A stretch of DNA of 64,000 nt from Eledone cirrhosa (lineage: Eukaryota). The translations under genes were made by a program, and so were the position numbers. The notes beneath the pieces are model-generated. The model searched no databases and was not told the DNA's origin. It was given only the letters and a program-made list of their open reading frames with translations. Shown piece by piece: positions 1 through 12,994 of the stretch (position 1 is the first letter of the stretch; every line of letters begins with the position of its first letter). Where the stretch lies: assembly GCA_964016885.1 (NCBI GenBank), contig OZ024740.1, positions 368,280,001 to 368,344,000 of the forward strand, read 5' to 3'.

Positions 1-2790
1 ATATAACCAATATTGGAAGAATTTCAGTTCCTTCATTGGGAGGTGAATTCTTCTCAGGAATAAAGGGATAATTTGAGCATATATCATTGTTGAACTGATT
101 CATACGTTTTTGGCTGCTACTCCCTGCGTCAATATAAGCCCTTCGCATTGTCCTAATATATTAACTGGAAAGTACTCATACTGTAATTCAATGTTGCAAC
201 ACGTTGTTTCACCATGCGGTCTACTAAGGGTATATATGGCACATATTTAACTTATCCCTTTGGGTGGAATATATTGTTATAGTAATTCAGCTATACAACT
301 CTTTGTTACACATGCGATTTAGCAAGAAACGTTATATATGTATACTACCTTTTCATCTTGACACCTCATTACTAAGAAGTATTCACCTACTAATGAAGGA
401 ATACAATATTGGTTGTTTCAATGTCTTTGAATTACCAATGTTTTATCTTGATTTCCTGAAACCATAGTCGGGGTATTTCATAAGTAGAAACCGACTTTGT
501 GTTAGCGGATTTGGCTCGTATCTCCACAAAATGAGTTTAATATATGCATATTTATATCGAATGTCGATAAAAAATGTACCAGTGTAGTACCGGGTTCGAT
601 TTCTTCCTTTCTCTCACCTTCAATCTTTCTCTGCAAGAAATCTGCTATATTCAGACTTAGAGAGTTATGGGCTTCGCCAACACCGTATGCCAATACAGCC
701 CTCTACGATTCCATTACGAATAACGGTAACATGCATACATGCACCAGCCGAATCTATTGCCTTGTCATTTTATATATAAAACTTTGTGAATTATTATGTT
801 TGTAGCGGATGATCGTCTTTTGTATATCGTTGAAAATGTAAGTATGAATACATGCAATGCATTGTATTTAGAGGTGGCTCATTTTATATATTTGATTTCT
901 ATAGAAAGTCAGTTGATCACTTCATGATTTCTAACTACGAAACAAGTGATTGGATTTGCTTGCAATTTCGAATGTAGTATATTTAGAAACTTGCATTGTC
1001 AACCAATTCATGCTGAAACTGCTTTACTGATGAATGCAGCTTTCTGTAATTATTGTACTAGTGAACATTTTCTATAATACCTCAGTTTCAACAATGATAC
1101 TGAGTGTCTACGGAGAGTAAAAATCTGTGAGCTGTATTCTACCCTGATCAGAACTAAAATGTTTCGTAGTTCCAACATACCTCCTGGATCTCTTGTTACG
1201 AAGGTTCGTTGGATCGATCCTATGATATGTCAGCCTTTAGACGGTACTATACTGGTGAGGCTGTTGAAATACGCATCGTTTGACATTAATATTTCTACTT
1301 CCCGCATGACGTTAGCGCTCGGAATCTTTGATGGCAAATATTTATTGCGTATTTCTCTTCCGTAAATAAAACACAAACTTATTTTCATCTCCTAATCTAT
1401 AAATGGGGTTTAGTTCACTTTGAAATGTAAGGATCTCTTCTTAAATTTGGAGAGACGTCTATATCATTATGCAAACGCGAATACCAAAAGCGTACCTGTG
1501 TGTAGCTGTGATCTTATACCTGATAGGGTGATGAAAATATAAAGGGTGCAAGCGGTCTGCTCTGAAGTATATCACTTAGAAGTGACATAACAGAAAGAAA
1601 AGGGAGGGTATCAATAAATTGATCTCTTCTCTATATTATGTGAATGAAACACTCCTAGTCTTTTCCTGTGATATCACGTTCTCTTAAACTATGACAGATG
1701 ATTGCATGGTCAATCTTGTTAAGACGTTGTCGAAATCAATCTATATGCATATGGTGTCAGTGTCCATTTCTCTGAGGGGAATATTGAAACTACTATTATG
1801 TTGAAGTAGCTGTGTCAGGCACCTACTTCCTGACTGAAATCCATACTGTGCATCATATAAGAGATTGTTTCCCTGAAGTTATGTGATTTGTTTATTTTCA
1901 CAATACCTTCTAGCGTTTTAGATGTATGAGATGAGAGAGAAACAGGTCTGAGACTTTCACCTATAGCTCTGTTACCTCCTTTGTGTTACAAACATATATA
2001 TATGCACATAGACACAAAATACACACACATATATATATATATAAACATATATACATATATGTGTGACTTTAGACAGCACTATGCTGATGTGTTTGTGTGT
2101 GTATGTTCTGGAATGTCCAAATATATAAATATGTGTGTGTGTGCGTGCGTGTGCGCGCGTGTGTGTGTGGGTTTGAGCGGAGTGTATGAAAGAATGTATG
2201 TGTATAAACATGTATAAATATGTTTACATATTTGCGTGTTTACCACACTACGCTTTTACAATTACAAACACATGATTATTTGTTTCCCTTTGAACGAGTA
2301 TTCAAATGTGCAAATATATAAAATATTGTGGGAATCGAAATTTGTACATTCATTTCTCTGACTGATATAAATCCAATATACATCGAATAAATAAAAAATC
2401 AATCACACATATCATATGTCTTCCCGTTTAGAAAATTGTTTTGTAAATCATGATGCATGCCATTTAGAACGCCACAAGCCCAGAATGTGAATATAAACGA
2501 TACATCATCAAGAGAACCTAATTGCATTATAAACAGAATTTTAAAGTTATTCTTCAATATATATTATAGATTTCTCTTAGTATTACAAGAAAAACAAAAA
2601 TTGAATCACATTTATGCATATGCGTCCAAGACCATCGCAAAGATAGCAGTTTTCTGAGATATAAATATCACGTTGATAATAAATTACAAACCAGAGATAC
2701 CAACGTAACTATTCCTGTACAGTTGTAGACCGACATATCCACACCTCTTTACCTCACACAGACAGACAGACACACAGACACACAAATATA

Positions 2791-2830
<40 letters not shown>

Positions 2831-2845
2831 TATATATATGTGTGT

Positions 2846-2888
<43 letters not shown>

Positions 2889-3104
2889 TGTGCATATTTC
2901 ATCAGATAGTGGATAGAGCGTTGCAAAAGGGATGTTGTGAGTTTGATCCTCGAAAGAAGTGATGCGTTTTATCCTTGGGTGATTGCTGGTCCTCAATAGA
3001 TAATCTTACCCTGATTCATGTCTCGGAGGAGAATTTCCTAGATACAGATCACATGGTTAGTCGTGATAGAATGGGACCTTTACATTTTTCCAAATACGCA
3101 TACA

Positions 3105-3180
<76 letters not shown>

Positions 3181-3183
<3 letters not shown>

Positions 3184-5445
3184 AGGGTGTTAAAGTTTGC
3201 TTGAAGCATTGTGAAATGTGTAAAATACGTAGTTTAGAAAGCCACAACAAAGCAGAGGGAAATCTCGAGGTAGGAAGTGAATGATAGATAGGAGAAATAG
3301 GAGAAAGTGAAAATTGAGAGTGACAAATATGAAAACAAAACAAAGGTAGAAGGGTTACCGTAGTGGAGATTTAATCCCAATATTTCGGGCTCACGCCCAT
3401 CAACGGGGGAAAGTTCCAAAAGGGGGGGAACAGGCTAAGCCGGAGAAAGTTGTGTTGTCTTTAAAACAGGAATGCCGTTATGGGGAGAACATTTTTTAAA
3501 ATTTAAATGAGGGAAAGAATGCGCGTGCGCGTGATAGGCTGTGGCAAAAGCTACTGACCAAATGGGTTAAATCAAGAGGGTGCGCTAGCGTGTGAGAGCC
3601 GTAAAATATGTGTGTGTAAATATATATGTGTGTGTAACTGTGTGTGTATATGTGTAAGTGTGTATATGTGTGAGTGTGTGTGTGTGTGAAAGATAATGGG
3701 CTGTAGAAGCTGGAAATCAAAGGGTGTGAAAGGTGGTAGGTTGTAAAACATGTGTGCGTGTATAAATATAGATGTGTGTGTGTATGCGTATGGGTATATA
3801 TGTGTGTGTAACTGTGTATGTATATGTGTGAGTGCGTGTGTGTGTGAAAGATAGTGGGCTGTAGAAGCTGGAAATCAAAGGGTGTGAAAGGTGGTAGGTT
3901 GTAAAAACATGTGTGCGTGTATAAATATAGATGTGTGTGTGTATGCGTATGGGTATGCATATACGTGCGTGTGTGTGAAAATAGCAGGCCGTAAGGGCTG
4001 TGAATGGTCACTATGGTTAAGTTAGCCATGTCAGCTCATTTCTCTCAGCCCGGTTGTTAAGTGGGGGTCTGAGGTTCTTAATAACAAGTGCTTCCTTTAT
4101 CCTTAAGGATCCGATGCTGCGTTCAGTCGCTAGGACTGTGACCAAGGGTCTACCCTGTGGGTTTCCGCATGTAAGGATGTGTTTACGGAAGGAAGATGCG
4201 TTGGTGTTGATATGTTCCTTGATACGAACATGTAGGGGTCGGATGGTGCTACCTATGTAAAACTTGTTACATTTATCGCATTGAATCTTATATACGACAC
4301 AGGTGCGTAGGCAATCTGCCCCCCGTATCGGGCAGTTGCTGAGGGAACACGTCCCATCTGACTCGTCGGGTTTGTTGGAGAGGCATCATCGCAGCGAGGG
4401 TCCTGTGTGGGATAAATGTATGTCAAGTCCCTCCGTCCGTATGGCCCTGCGGATGGCGTTCGTGGTATATTCACTCAGGTGGGGGATTTTAAAGAAGCAC
4501 CTGCTTTTATTTAAGTTTCTAGTGGGTGCCTGTCTATTGGGTCTGGGGTCTCTAATTCCGTTAATCAGTCGCTTGGGATATCCATTAGACTTGAGTAGAT
4601 TACGGAATTGCGTGGTATGGGTGAGACCACCCATCGGGTCGCTGCATCTGTTAGTGATCCGTGTTAGTTCATTTAGGACATAGCCTCTCTTAGCGTTGTT
4701 GGGGAGGGCTGAGTTGTAATGCACAAATAAGTCCTTGCACGCTGCTTTGCGGTAGAAGGTGGTGTTTATGTCTCCTTCTTCCGAGATGTTGATACGGAAG
4801 TCGAGGAGGGCGAGTGACCCGTCTTCTCCTGGGTGTTCGATGGTGAAATCGACGTGATGGTCAGTATCGTTGAAGATTTGGTGAATTTCATTCGCCATCT
4901 CCCGGGAAGAAGTAAGTATCAGGATGTCATCAACGTATCTGGAGTAGAAGGCGACGGCGTTGGGTTGGCAGGTATTGAGTGCCTTGCGTTCCAGGTGGTC
5001 CCTGTACGAGATCGCAAGTATGCCGGACAGACTAGAGCCCATATGTAGCCCAGAGATTTGTTTGTACGTGTGGCCGAGGAAATTGAAGAGTGCATTATCC
5101 ACAACGAAGGAGAGGAGTTGGTGGATGTACGTGTGTGTGAGTCCGAAGCAGTGTAAGTTAGATGCTCGGACTCGTTCGGTCAACAGGTCGACGGCTGGGG
5201 ATGCTGGTACGGAGGTATAAAGGGCGACCACATCAAGACTGAAGGCATAACCGTTGTCCTTTCTGGTGTTGGGCGCCAGATGGTGTAGTCGCTCCAAGAC
5301 CTCCTTTGAGCTGCAGACGTGGGCTGGTAGTGTGTGTAGAATGGGTTTCAGTAGTGTGGAGAGCAGCCACGATATTTTGTAGAGTGGGCCCTCCACGCTA
5401 GAGACAATGGGCCTGATTTTCAAATCGGGTCCTTGTTTATGTGTT
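3181..5445 (-). mobile_element. Penelope-like element, inverted 5'-truncated arm (RT C-half, GIY-YIG, 3' region)
   Basis: Reverse complement of ~6598-8200 plus ~10436-11055. ORF 4386..5552(-) has RPIVS, SLDVVALYTSVP and RYVDD RT motifs. Abuts a (TA)n tract at 3106-3180. Confidence 0.93.
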
Positions 5446-8025
5446 GCACCCATAAGGGACCTATTCAGACTATCGGAGAATTGTGCCAAACTCGGTTGCC
5501 AAATTACCTTCTTAAAACCCTGCCTAAAGAACAACATCATTCCAACCACCATCAGGAATATATTCTACCCGAATGTTTACGATCACCATCCTTCGAAAAC
5601 ACCATCCGCCACATTCAACGCACGTTTATCAAGAAAATACTACGACACAACCACCACCAACTGCGACTCCATATACAAACGCTTTCCGAGCACATAGATC
5701 GTATAGCTCCAACCCTCACCCCTGACCACCAGGTCCAGGAAATACGCAAAGCTATCGATCAGTGTTACCACACCAGAGTCAAATATGATAAACAGCGCCT
5801 TATACGGAAATACGAATGGACTGTAAACAAATGCTACAATGACAACATCCGCTCCCACAGACGGACCGACTACAACCACACCAGGGGCAACAGCTATACA
5901 ACACCCTCCGCTACACCCCCAACATCGATCTACCTACCAACGATGCTTCACACCTCGTTACCGACCTAACCGGTACCCTCACCAACGACGAACTCGAACT
6001 TCTGCGCCTCGGACCCAAGTTCATCATTACACAGCGTCTCGATGATAGACTGAAACTCGACATCGAAACCAACTTCTGTCGGACAGCATATCAACTGAAA
6101 TGGCTAACCGCCATCCAAAACAACACCGAGATCGATTACAACCCCACAACCCACCCCACACTCCCCACGTACCACCTCGACAACCCACTCCACCTCCCAC
6201 CCACCAGCCACGAACTTGACACTAAACTACTCAGGTTGAAACATTCTATCTCTAACATCCTTTCCCAACACACACACACACACAATAAACGCAACCTCAC
6301 CAATGCACAATTTAATACTCTCACCAACCTAAGATCCAGGAACCTTGTGTACCTTCCCTCCGACAAGGGGAAAGAATTCTGTGTCATCTCGAGAGAGACC
6401 TACAACAACTTAGCTCTCCAACATCTTAATGACGACAGCCTCTACTCGAAAGTCACAGGGACCTCCTCGACTCTAATCGAGGAAGGCATTAACACCATAT
6501 GGACTAACATCTGTGTCCAACGAAAACTGCCAAAGAAGGTAAAAAACAACATATTGACTCGAAACAGCAAACTACCCACCTTCTACCACCTGGTTAAAAC
6601 ACATAAACAAGGACCCGATTTGAAAATCAGGCCCATTGTCTCTAGCGTGGAGGGCCCACTCTACAAAATATCGTGGCTGCTCTCCACACTACTGAAACCC
6701 ATTCTACATACACAACCAGCCCATGTCTGCAGCTCAAAGGAGGTCTTGGAGCGAATACACCATCTGGCGCCCAACACCAGAAAGGACAACGGTTATGCCT
6801 TCAGTCTTGATGTGGTCGCCCTTTATACCTCCGTACCAGCATCCCCAGCCGTCGACCTGTTGACCGAACGAGTCCGAGTATCTAACTTACACTGCTTCGG
6901 ACTCACACACACGTACATCCACCAACTCCTCTCCTTCGTTGTGGATAATGCACTCTTCAATTTCCTCGGCCACACGTACAAACAAATCTCTGGGCTACCT
7001 ATGGGCTCTAGTCTGTCCGGCATACTTGCGATCTCGTACATGGACCACCTGGAACGCAAGGCACTCAATACCTGCCAACCCAACGCCGTCGCCTTCTACT
7101 CCAGATACGTTGATGACATCCTGATACTTACTTCTTCCCGGGAGATGGCGAATGAAATTCACCAAATCTTCAACGATACTGACCATCACGTCGATTTCAC
7201 CATCGAACACCCAGGAGAAGACGGGTCACTCGCCCTCCTCGACTTCCGTATCAACATCTCGGAAGAAGGAGACATAAACACCACCTTCTACCGCAAAGCA
7301 GCGTGCAAGGACTTATTTGTGCATTACAACTCAGCCCTCCCCAACAACGCTAAGAGAGGCTATGTCCTAAATGAACTAACACGGATCACTAACAGATGCA
7401 GCGACCCGATGGGTGGTCTCACCCATACCACGCAATTCCGTAATCTACTCAAGTCTAATGGATATCCCAAGCGACTGATTAACGGAATTAGAGACCCCAG
7501 ACCCAATAGACAGGCACCCACTAGAAACTTAAATAAAAGCAGGTGCTTCTTTAAAATCCCCCACCTGAGTGAATATACCACGAACGCCATCCGCAGGGCC
7601 ATACGGACGGAGGGACTTGACATACATTTGGCCCACACAGGACCTTCGCTGCGATGATGCCTCTCCAACAAACCCGACGAGTCAGAGGGGACGTGTTCCC
7701 TCAGCAACTGCCCGATACGGGGGGAAGATTGCCTACGCAACTATGTCGTATATAAGATTCAATGCGATAAATGTAACAAGTTTTACATAGGTAGCACCAT
7801 CCGACCCCTACATGTTCGTATCAAGGAACATATCAACACCAACGCATCTTCCTTCCGTAAACACATCCTTAAATGCGGAAACCCACAGGGTAGACCCTTG
7901 GTCACCGTCCTAGCGACTGAACGCAGCATCGGATCCTTAAGGATAAAGGAAGCACTTGTTATTAAGAACCTCAGACCCCCACTTAACAACCGGCTGAGAG
8001 AAATGAGCTGACATGGCTAACTTAA
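5446..8025 (+). pseudogene. PLE RT/GIY-YIG polyprotein ORF with frameshifts and one internal TGA (7655-7657)
   Basis: ORF 6236..7657: GLPMGSSLS, RYVDD, LLDFRI, TTFYRK. In frame after the TGA: C..NCP..C..VVYKIQCDKCNKFYIGSTIRPLHVRIKEH...KEAL.I...PPLN (GIY-YIG). Upstream pieces lie in different frames (5407..5697, 5433..5969). Confidence 0.9.
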
Positions 8026-8200
8026 CCATTGTGACCATTCACAGCCCTTACGGCCTGCTATTTTCACACACACGCACGTATATGCATACCCATACGCATA
8101 CACACACACATCTATATTTATACACGCACACATGTTTTTACAACCTACCACCTTTCACACCCTTTGATTTCCAGCTTCTACAGCCCACTATCTTTCACAC

Positions 8201-10423
8201 TGTACTGTGACCAAGGGCGTAGTCACGCTAGTGAGGAAGGACGAGAACAAGGGGGGCGAAATAATTAACTTCAGGCCCATAACTCTGCTAAATACAGAGT
8301 TACAGATTTTGGCCAAGGTGCTAGCAAAGAGGTTGGCGCTTGTCGTGGGCAACCTGGTGGGAGATGCGCAGACATGCGCTATCCCGTCCAGGTCCATCCA
8401 TGACAACCTCCACCTCATGCGATGCATCATAGAGAGGGTTGGGAACGAAGCCGGCTTTGGTGGGGCTCTGATCAACTTGGATCAATCTAAGGCGTTCGAT
8501 AGGGTCGACCATGGTTACCTGGATGCGGTGCTAGCGGCGGCAGGCTTCGGACCCGTTTTCAGGGGCTGGATCACTGCTATGCACAGCAGCCGCATCTGCT
8601 CTAGGGTCAAGGTGAACGGCTACCTCTCGGAGCCGTTCAAAATCGCGCGGTCCATCCGACAAGGGTGCCCTCTCTCCTCCCTTCTGTATGTGTTGACTCT
8701 CGAGCCACTACTGCGGAAGTTGGAGTTGTTGCAGGGCATCCCTTTGGAACCGGGATTGCGGAAAGCGGTGTCAGCCTACGCCGATGATGTGACAGTAATG
8801 GTGTCGACGGCCTCCGAAATCGAGGCGGTCGGCACCTTACTGGAGGAGTACGAAAAGTTCACAGGGGCTAAGCTGAACCGGGACAAGTCGATCGGTTTGC
8901 AACTCGGCACGTGGAGGGGCAGTCCGATGCCCTCCGATGGCGTCGTCGAACGCTGGACGGAGGGCCCGGTAAAGTTGCTCGGGGTCTGGTTCGGACCGGA
9001 CCTCCAGGTGGAGAAAAACTGGGCGGAGGTTACGAACAGGGTGTTTGCACTGACCCAGAAGTGGGCCAGTTGCAAACTATCCCTGAAAGGTCGGGCGGAG
9101 GTGGCGAACACTTATATAGCGTCCGTCATCTACTGCCGCCTGACCGTAGTGCCCTGCCCAAGGGAAACCCTCACCAAGATGGAGCGCGAGCTCTTCCAAT
9201 TCCTTTGGAAGAGGAGGGCTCCTATGGTGAGGAGATCCATCTGCTGTCAACACCCTTCGAAAGGAGGGCTGGGGATGCCGTGGCTAATGATGCGTAAACA
9301 CGCATTAAGGCTACGGCACCTCTACGTATTCCTCACCGGACAACCGGTGTGGGCCTCGTTTGTGAGACGAACCTTTCCCAGACTCGTCTCACTCACCGAG
9401 CTGCAATCCTGGGTCAAGCAAAGACCGAGAAAACTGGGCGCCTGGCACACTGAGTGTGCCCAGGCGCTCACCGCCCTCTGGCAGGCGGATCCGGTTATCA
9501 GTGGAGACTCCACCGCAACATTCTATAGAGGGCTGGTACGCAGCAGGTGCGACGACGCCCTCGGAGAAGCCCTAGACATGGAGGAGGACGAACTGGCCAG
9601 CCTGTTCGGTAGGACATTCAGCCCGGGACCTATGGACAACTTCCAGAAGTCCCTGGCCTGGCAGTGCTACCGAGCGGCTTTACCTGTTCGAGAAAGGCTC
9701 TACAGACACGGGCGCCCGGGCAGGGACCCCGCCAAAAAGATCTGTCCCAGATGCGTGTGCGACGAGGAAACCGTTGCACACGCATTGGTACACTGCTCGG
9801 GCGTAGCCGATCTGTGGGGCTATGTCGAACAACTGCTGTCAAGGGTGGGACCGATCCGGTTGACCACCGAGTCTATTGTAATGATCAAGCCGCCTCCCCC
9901 CTTCAAAGATGAAGCAGAGGCGGTGTTTCTGTGCGTAATAGCCATGGCGAAAGAGGTTGTATGGTGGACGCGTCTGAAAGGACTGAGGTCAGGCACCTTT
10001 CTCTCTGGCCAACAACTGGTCCGTTTCTTCCGATATCATTTCGGAAGAAGGATCAGGATGGAGAGAGAGGTGCTGCACCCCAGTCGTTTTTATGAAAGGT
10101 GGGTGAAAGTGGCGAGAATGGCCCGTGTGAATGGGCCTTCTCTTTACATAAGCCTGTAGGTGGAAAAGAGGAAGGAACGAGGGAGCACCCCCTCTCTGTG
10201 CTCCTGAGGAAAAGGGTTGCACACTTTTTTCGGGGGTGTGTGCGACCCCCCAAGGCGCCTCCTCTCTATTGAGGATTTTGTTAAAAATTTTATTTTTTGT
10301 TATATCTTATTTTATTTTTATATTTTGTTATTGCCTCCTCCTTATTGAGGACGCCTTTTTGTGTAAACTCCCCCCTTTGTACTTGTCCCACTTTTGATGC
10401 CCTAGTGGCAAATAAAAGAAACA
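8201..10423 (+). mobile_element. 5'-truncated Tx1/L1-clade non-LTR retrotransposon nested in the PLE 3' region
   Basis: GC-rich block with a 650-aa ORF, a T-rich 3' UTR and AATAAA at 10411. Flanked by direct repeat TATCTTTCACAC at 8189-8200 and 10424-10435. Absent from the inverted arm. Confidence 0.92.
8207..10159 (+). CDS. Non-LTR reverse transcriptase with C-terminal CCHC zinc finger (N-terminally truncated ORF2)
   Basis: NFRPITLLN, LDQSKAFDRVDH, IRQGCPLS, AYADD, KGGLG, CPRC..EETVAHALVHC. Uninterrupted frame; no endonuclease domain left. Confidence 0.9.
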   Translation: MTKGVVTLVRKDENKGGEIINFRPITLLNTELQILAKVLAKRLALVVGNLVGDAQTCAIPSRSIHDNLHLMRCIIERVGNEAGFGGALINLDQSKAFDRVDHGYLDAVLAAAGFGPVFRGWITAMHSSRICSRVKVNGYLSEPFKIARSIRQGCPLSSLLYVLTLEPLLRKLELLQGIPLEPGLRKAVSAYADDVTVMVSTASEIEAVGTLLEEYEKFTGAKLNRDKSIGLQLGTWRGSPMPSDGVVERWTEGPVKLLGVWFGPDLQVEKNWAEVTNRVFALTQKWASCKLSLKGRAEVANTYIASVIYCRLTVVPCPRETLTKMERELFQFLWKRRAPMVRRSICCQHPSKGGLGMPWLMMRKHALRLRHLYVFLTGQPVWASFVRRTFPRLVSLTELQSWVKQRPRKLGAWHTECAQALTALWQADPVISGDSTATFYRGLVRSRCDDALGEALDMEEDELASLFGRTFSPGPMDNFQKSLAWQCYRAALPVRERLYRHGRPGRDPAKKICPRCVCDEETVAHALVHCSGVADLWGYVEQLLSRVGPIRLTTESIVMIKPPPPFKDEAEAVFLCVIAMAKEVVWWTRLKGLRSGTFLSGQQLVRFFRYHFGRRIRMEREVLHPSRFYERWVKVARMARVNGPSLYISL

Positions 10424-10865
10424 TATCTTTCACACACACACGCACTCACACATATACACACACAGTTACACACACATATATACCCATACGCATACACACA
10501 CACATCTATATTTATACACGCACACATGTTTTACAACCTACTACCTTTCACACCCTTTGATTTCCAGCTTCTACAGCCCACTATCTTTCACACACACACA
10601 CACTCACACATATACACACTTACACATATACACACACAGTTACACACACATATATATTTACACACACATATTTTACGGCTCTCACACGCTAGCGCACCCT
10701 CTTGATTGAACCCATTTGGTCAGTAGCTTTTGCCACAGCCTATCACGCGCACGCGCATTCTTTCCCTCATTTAAATTTTAAAAAATGTTCTCCCCATAAC
10801 GGCATTCCTGTTTTAACGACATCACAACTTTCTCCGGCTTAGCCTGTTCCCCCCCTTTTGGAACT

Positions 10866-10903
10866 ATCCCCCGTTGATGGGCGTGAGCCCGAAATATTGG
10901 GAT
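10866..10903 (+). ncRNA. Atypical hammerhead-like motif in PLE terminus (second copy 3374-3411, - strand)
   Basis: ATCCC-CCGTTGA-T-GGGC gtga GCCC-GAAA-TATT-GGGAT. Stems I and II and the GAAA box are present, but the core is CCGUUGA rather than CUGANGA. Confidence 0.5.
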
Positions 10904-11053
10904 TAAATCTCCACTACGGTAACCCTTCTACCTTTGTTTTGTTTTCATCTTTGTCTCTCTCAATTTTCACTTTCTCCTATTTCTCCTATCTATCATTCAC
11001 TTCCTACCTCGGGATTTCCCTCTGCTTTGTTGTGGCTTTCTAAACTACGTATT

Positions 11054-11142
<89 letters not shown>

Positions 11143-11145
<3 letters not shown>

Positions 11146-11340
11146 GTAGTTCCACACAGTTAGATCACCATACTGAGAACAAAAGTTTCATCTTACGCGG
11201 TTCTTCAGCTCGGTCTGAATACAGTTGTACGGTTGTTTTTCCTTTTCGCTACAACTTCATTGAGACCGAGCTGAAGATCGGCATAAGGTGAAACATTTGT
11301 TCTCGGTATGGTGAATTAACTGTTGAGGAACTACTTCTAC
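11143..11340. mobile_element. Short head-to-head inverted element with two degenerate HHRs (11172-11214 -, 11265-11307 +)
   Basis: 11143-11216 is an imperfect reverse complement of 11263-11340. Plus copy reads ACCGAG-CTGAAGA-...-GAAAC attt GTT-CTCGGT; stem II is weak. Confidence 0.6.
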
Positions 11341-12468
11341 CAAACTCGTCCCATGGACTGAGTCCTGTACTACTACGGATATAACCCTCCAGTGTTCTAC
11401 TATTATATATATATATATGCACAGCGTCACTACGAATTACTAAATACACACATTTCTCTCAATGTATTAGGACAGTATGTCGAGCTTATAAGTCATGATG
11501 AAATTAGCTGACCAATCCGACTAAATCTACAATGAAGGAATTAGTATAGTTGTGAAATATAAAGCATACGGCCACGCGTGGTCACCGTTTCGGCAACAAC
11601 ATGGTCTATATGCTTTATAATCAATATTTTCTGTTATTCCAAATAATTCTCATCCAGAAGATGGAATTTAAATATTTACAACATTTGTTATTTCAATGTT
11701 TTGAAATAATCAATATTATTTTTTGAAATCCAGAAACCATGGTTGGGTAACTATATGAATAAAAAAAAGGCTTATTTTAATCTGTCAAGTTTATATCCCC
11801 CAAATCGAGATTATGGCTTACGTTTAACATGTCAAATTACTTCTCTTATTAGATGAGTTAAAACTATAGTTAATGCTTCCTTTGAGATGTCTACGTATTG
11901 GATACGAATAAGTTTTAATAGATATTTGCTACTTATTTATTGTAGAGTTATTTGGACGAATGCGGCTGCTGTTTCCAGCGTCACTACAACCTCGAGGTTT
12001 TGACTTAATACATTGACAGGGTTATATACATTTAGTAATTCAACGACGCAATGCAGTTAACACCATGCGGTTTCTGAGAAGACAAATAATACACACACAC
12101 CCACACGGACACACACCCACCCACACGGACACACACACACGCGTAGACACACACACACGCATATATATAGACATATATACATATATGCATATATATGTAT
12201 ATATATATAAAAGGAATTCCAACTTTGTCTAATTTACTCGTTTTATTTACAATCCTTTAAAATTTATAATGGTATTAGAATGAAATAGTATGGTAGAATA
12301 TTAAATGTTAAGTGTTAATTGAACAAGTACTTTCATGCTTTCGCAATCTTCAGGTTCATATTGTGTGGTGACAGTCAAGTTTGCAATTTTCTATACATAT
12401 ATATACATATATGTATACATATATATACATATATGTATACATATATATACATATATATGCATATATAT

Positions 12469-12780
12469 ATATTGTTATACTTTGGGAGGGTCATGTTGCC
12501 AATAAGAAACACACGTGTGTGTCACACAGAAGCAAAATGGCGTAGGACAGAACAAAGGAGAGGCACAGAAACAAAGAAAGGAATCCCCAGTCACTGAAGA
12601 GGTCACACAGTGTGTGACGAAAGAACTATGACTATATATAAACAACTATCTGGTTGTGGAACCAACCAACCAGAAATTTATAAATTTATAAATTTATAAA
12701 TATATAATAAATTGAAGTGAAAGCAACTGGTGCGTGTGTTTCTTATTGGCAACATGACCCTCCCCAAAGTATAACAATAT
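12469..12780 (+). mobile_element. Small element with ~50-bp inverted ends containing an HHR
   Basis: ATATTGTTATACTTTGGGAGGGTCATGTTGCCAATAAGAAACACACG recurs inverted at ~12733-12780. A related decayed copy lies at ~30850-31090. Confidence 0.7.
12589..12633 (+). ncRNA. Type I hammerhead ribozyme (minimal stem III)
   Basis: AGTCA-CTGAAGA-G-GTCACAC agt GTGTGAC-GAAA-GAACTA-TGACT. Confidence 0.72.
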
Positions 12781-12994
12781 CGGTTTCAACTCACGATTTC
12801 AGATAAAGAATCTTGCTAAACAAATTCAGAAACGAAACATATATATATACATATATACATACATACATATACAAGCTACATAGAAGCTTGTTTGTTTACC
12901 ATACACGTTTTCTCACGCCGGTGCAATTTAAGGGAAATCCACGTGTCGTATGAGCTTGCTCTGCCTTCAGTGAAATCAGGATTAATCAGATAAT

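Larger units (their letters stand above)
5446..11055 (+). mobile_element. Penelope-like element, long arm (interrupted by a LINE at 8201-10423)
   Basis: N-terminal PLE-like motifs (FLKPCLKNNIIP, LRLGPKF, SDKG), RT, GIY-YIG, then a CA-rich 3' region with an HHR-like motif, ending at (TA)n. Confidence 0.93.

Noticed and set aside
1-720. Possible host exons on - strand (e.g. ORF 502..693 and an open stretch at 1-125)
   Set aside because: No recognisable domain and ambiguous splice sites; RNA-seq or homology evidence is needed.
4386-5552. 388-aa ORF as an independent gene with its own N-terminus
   Set aside because: It is chimeric: the first ~35 codons are antisense to the other arm across the inversion junction at 5445/5446.
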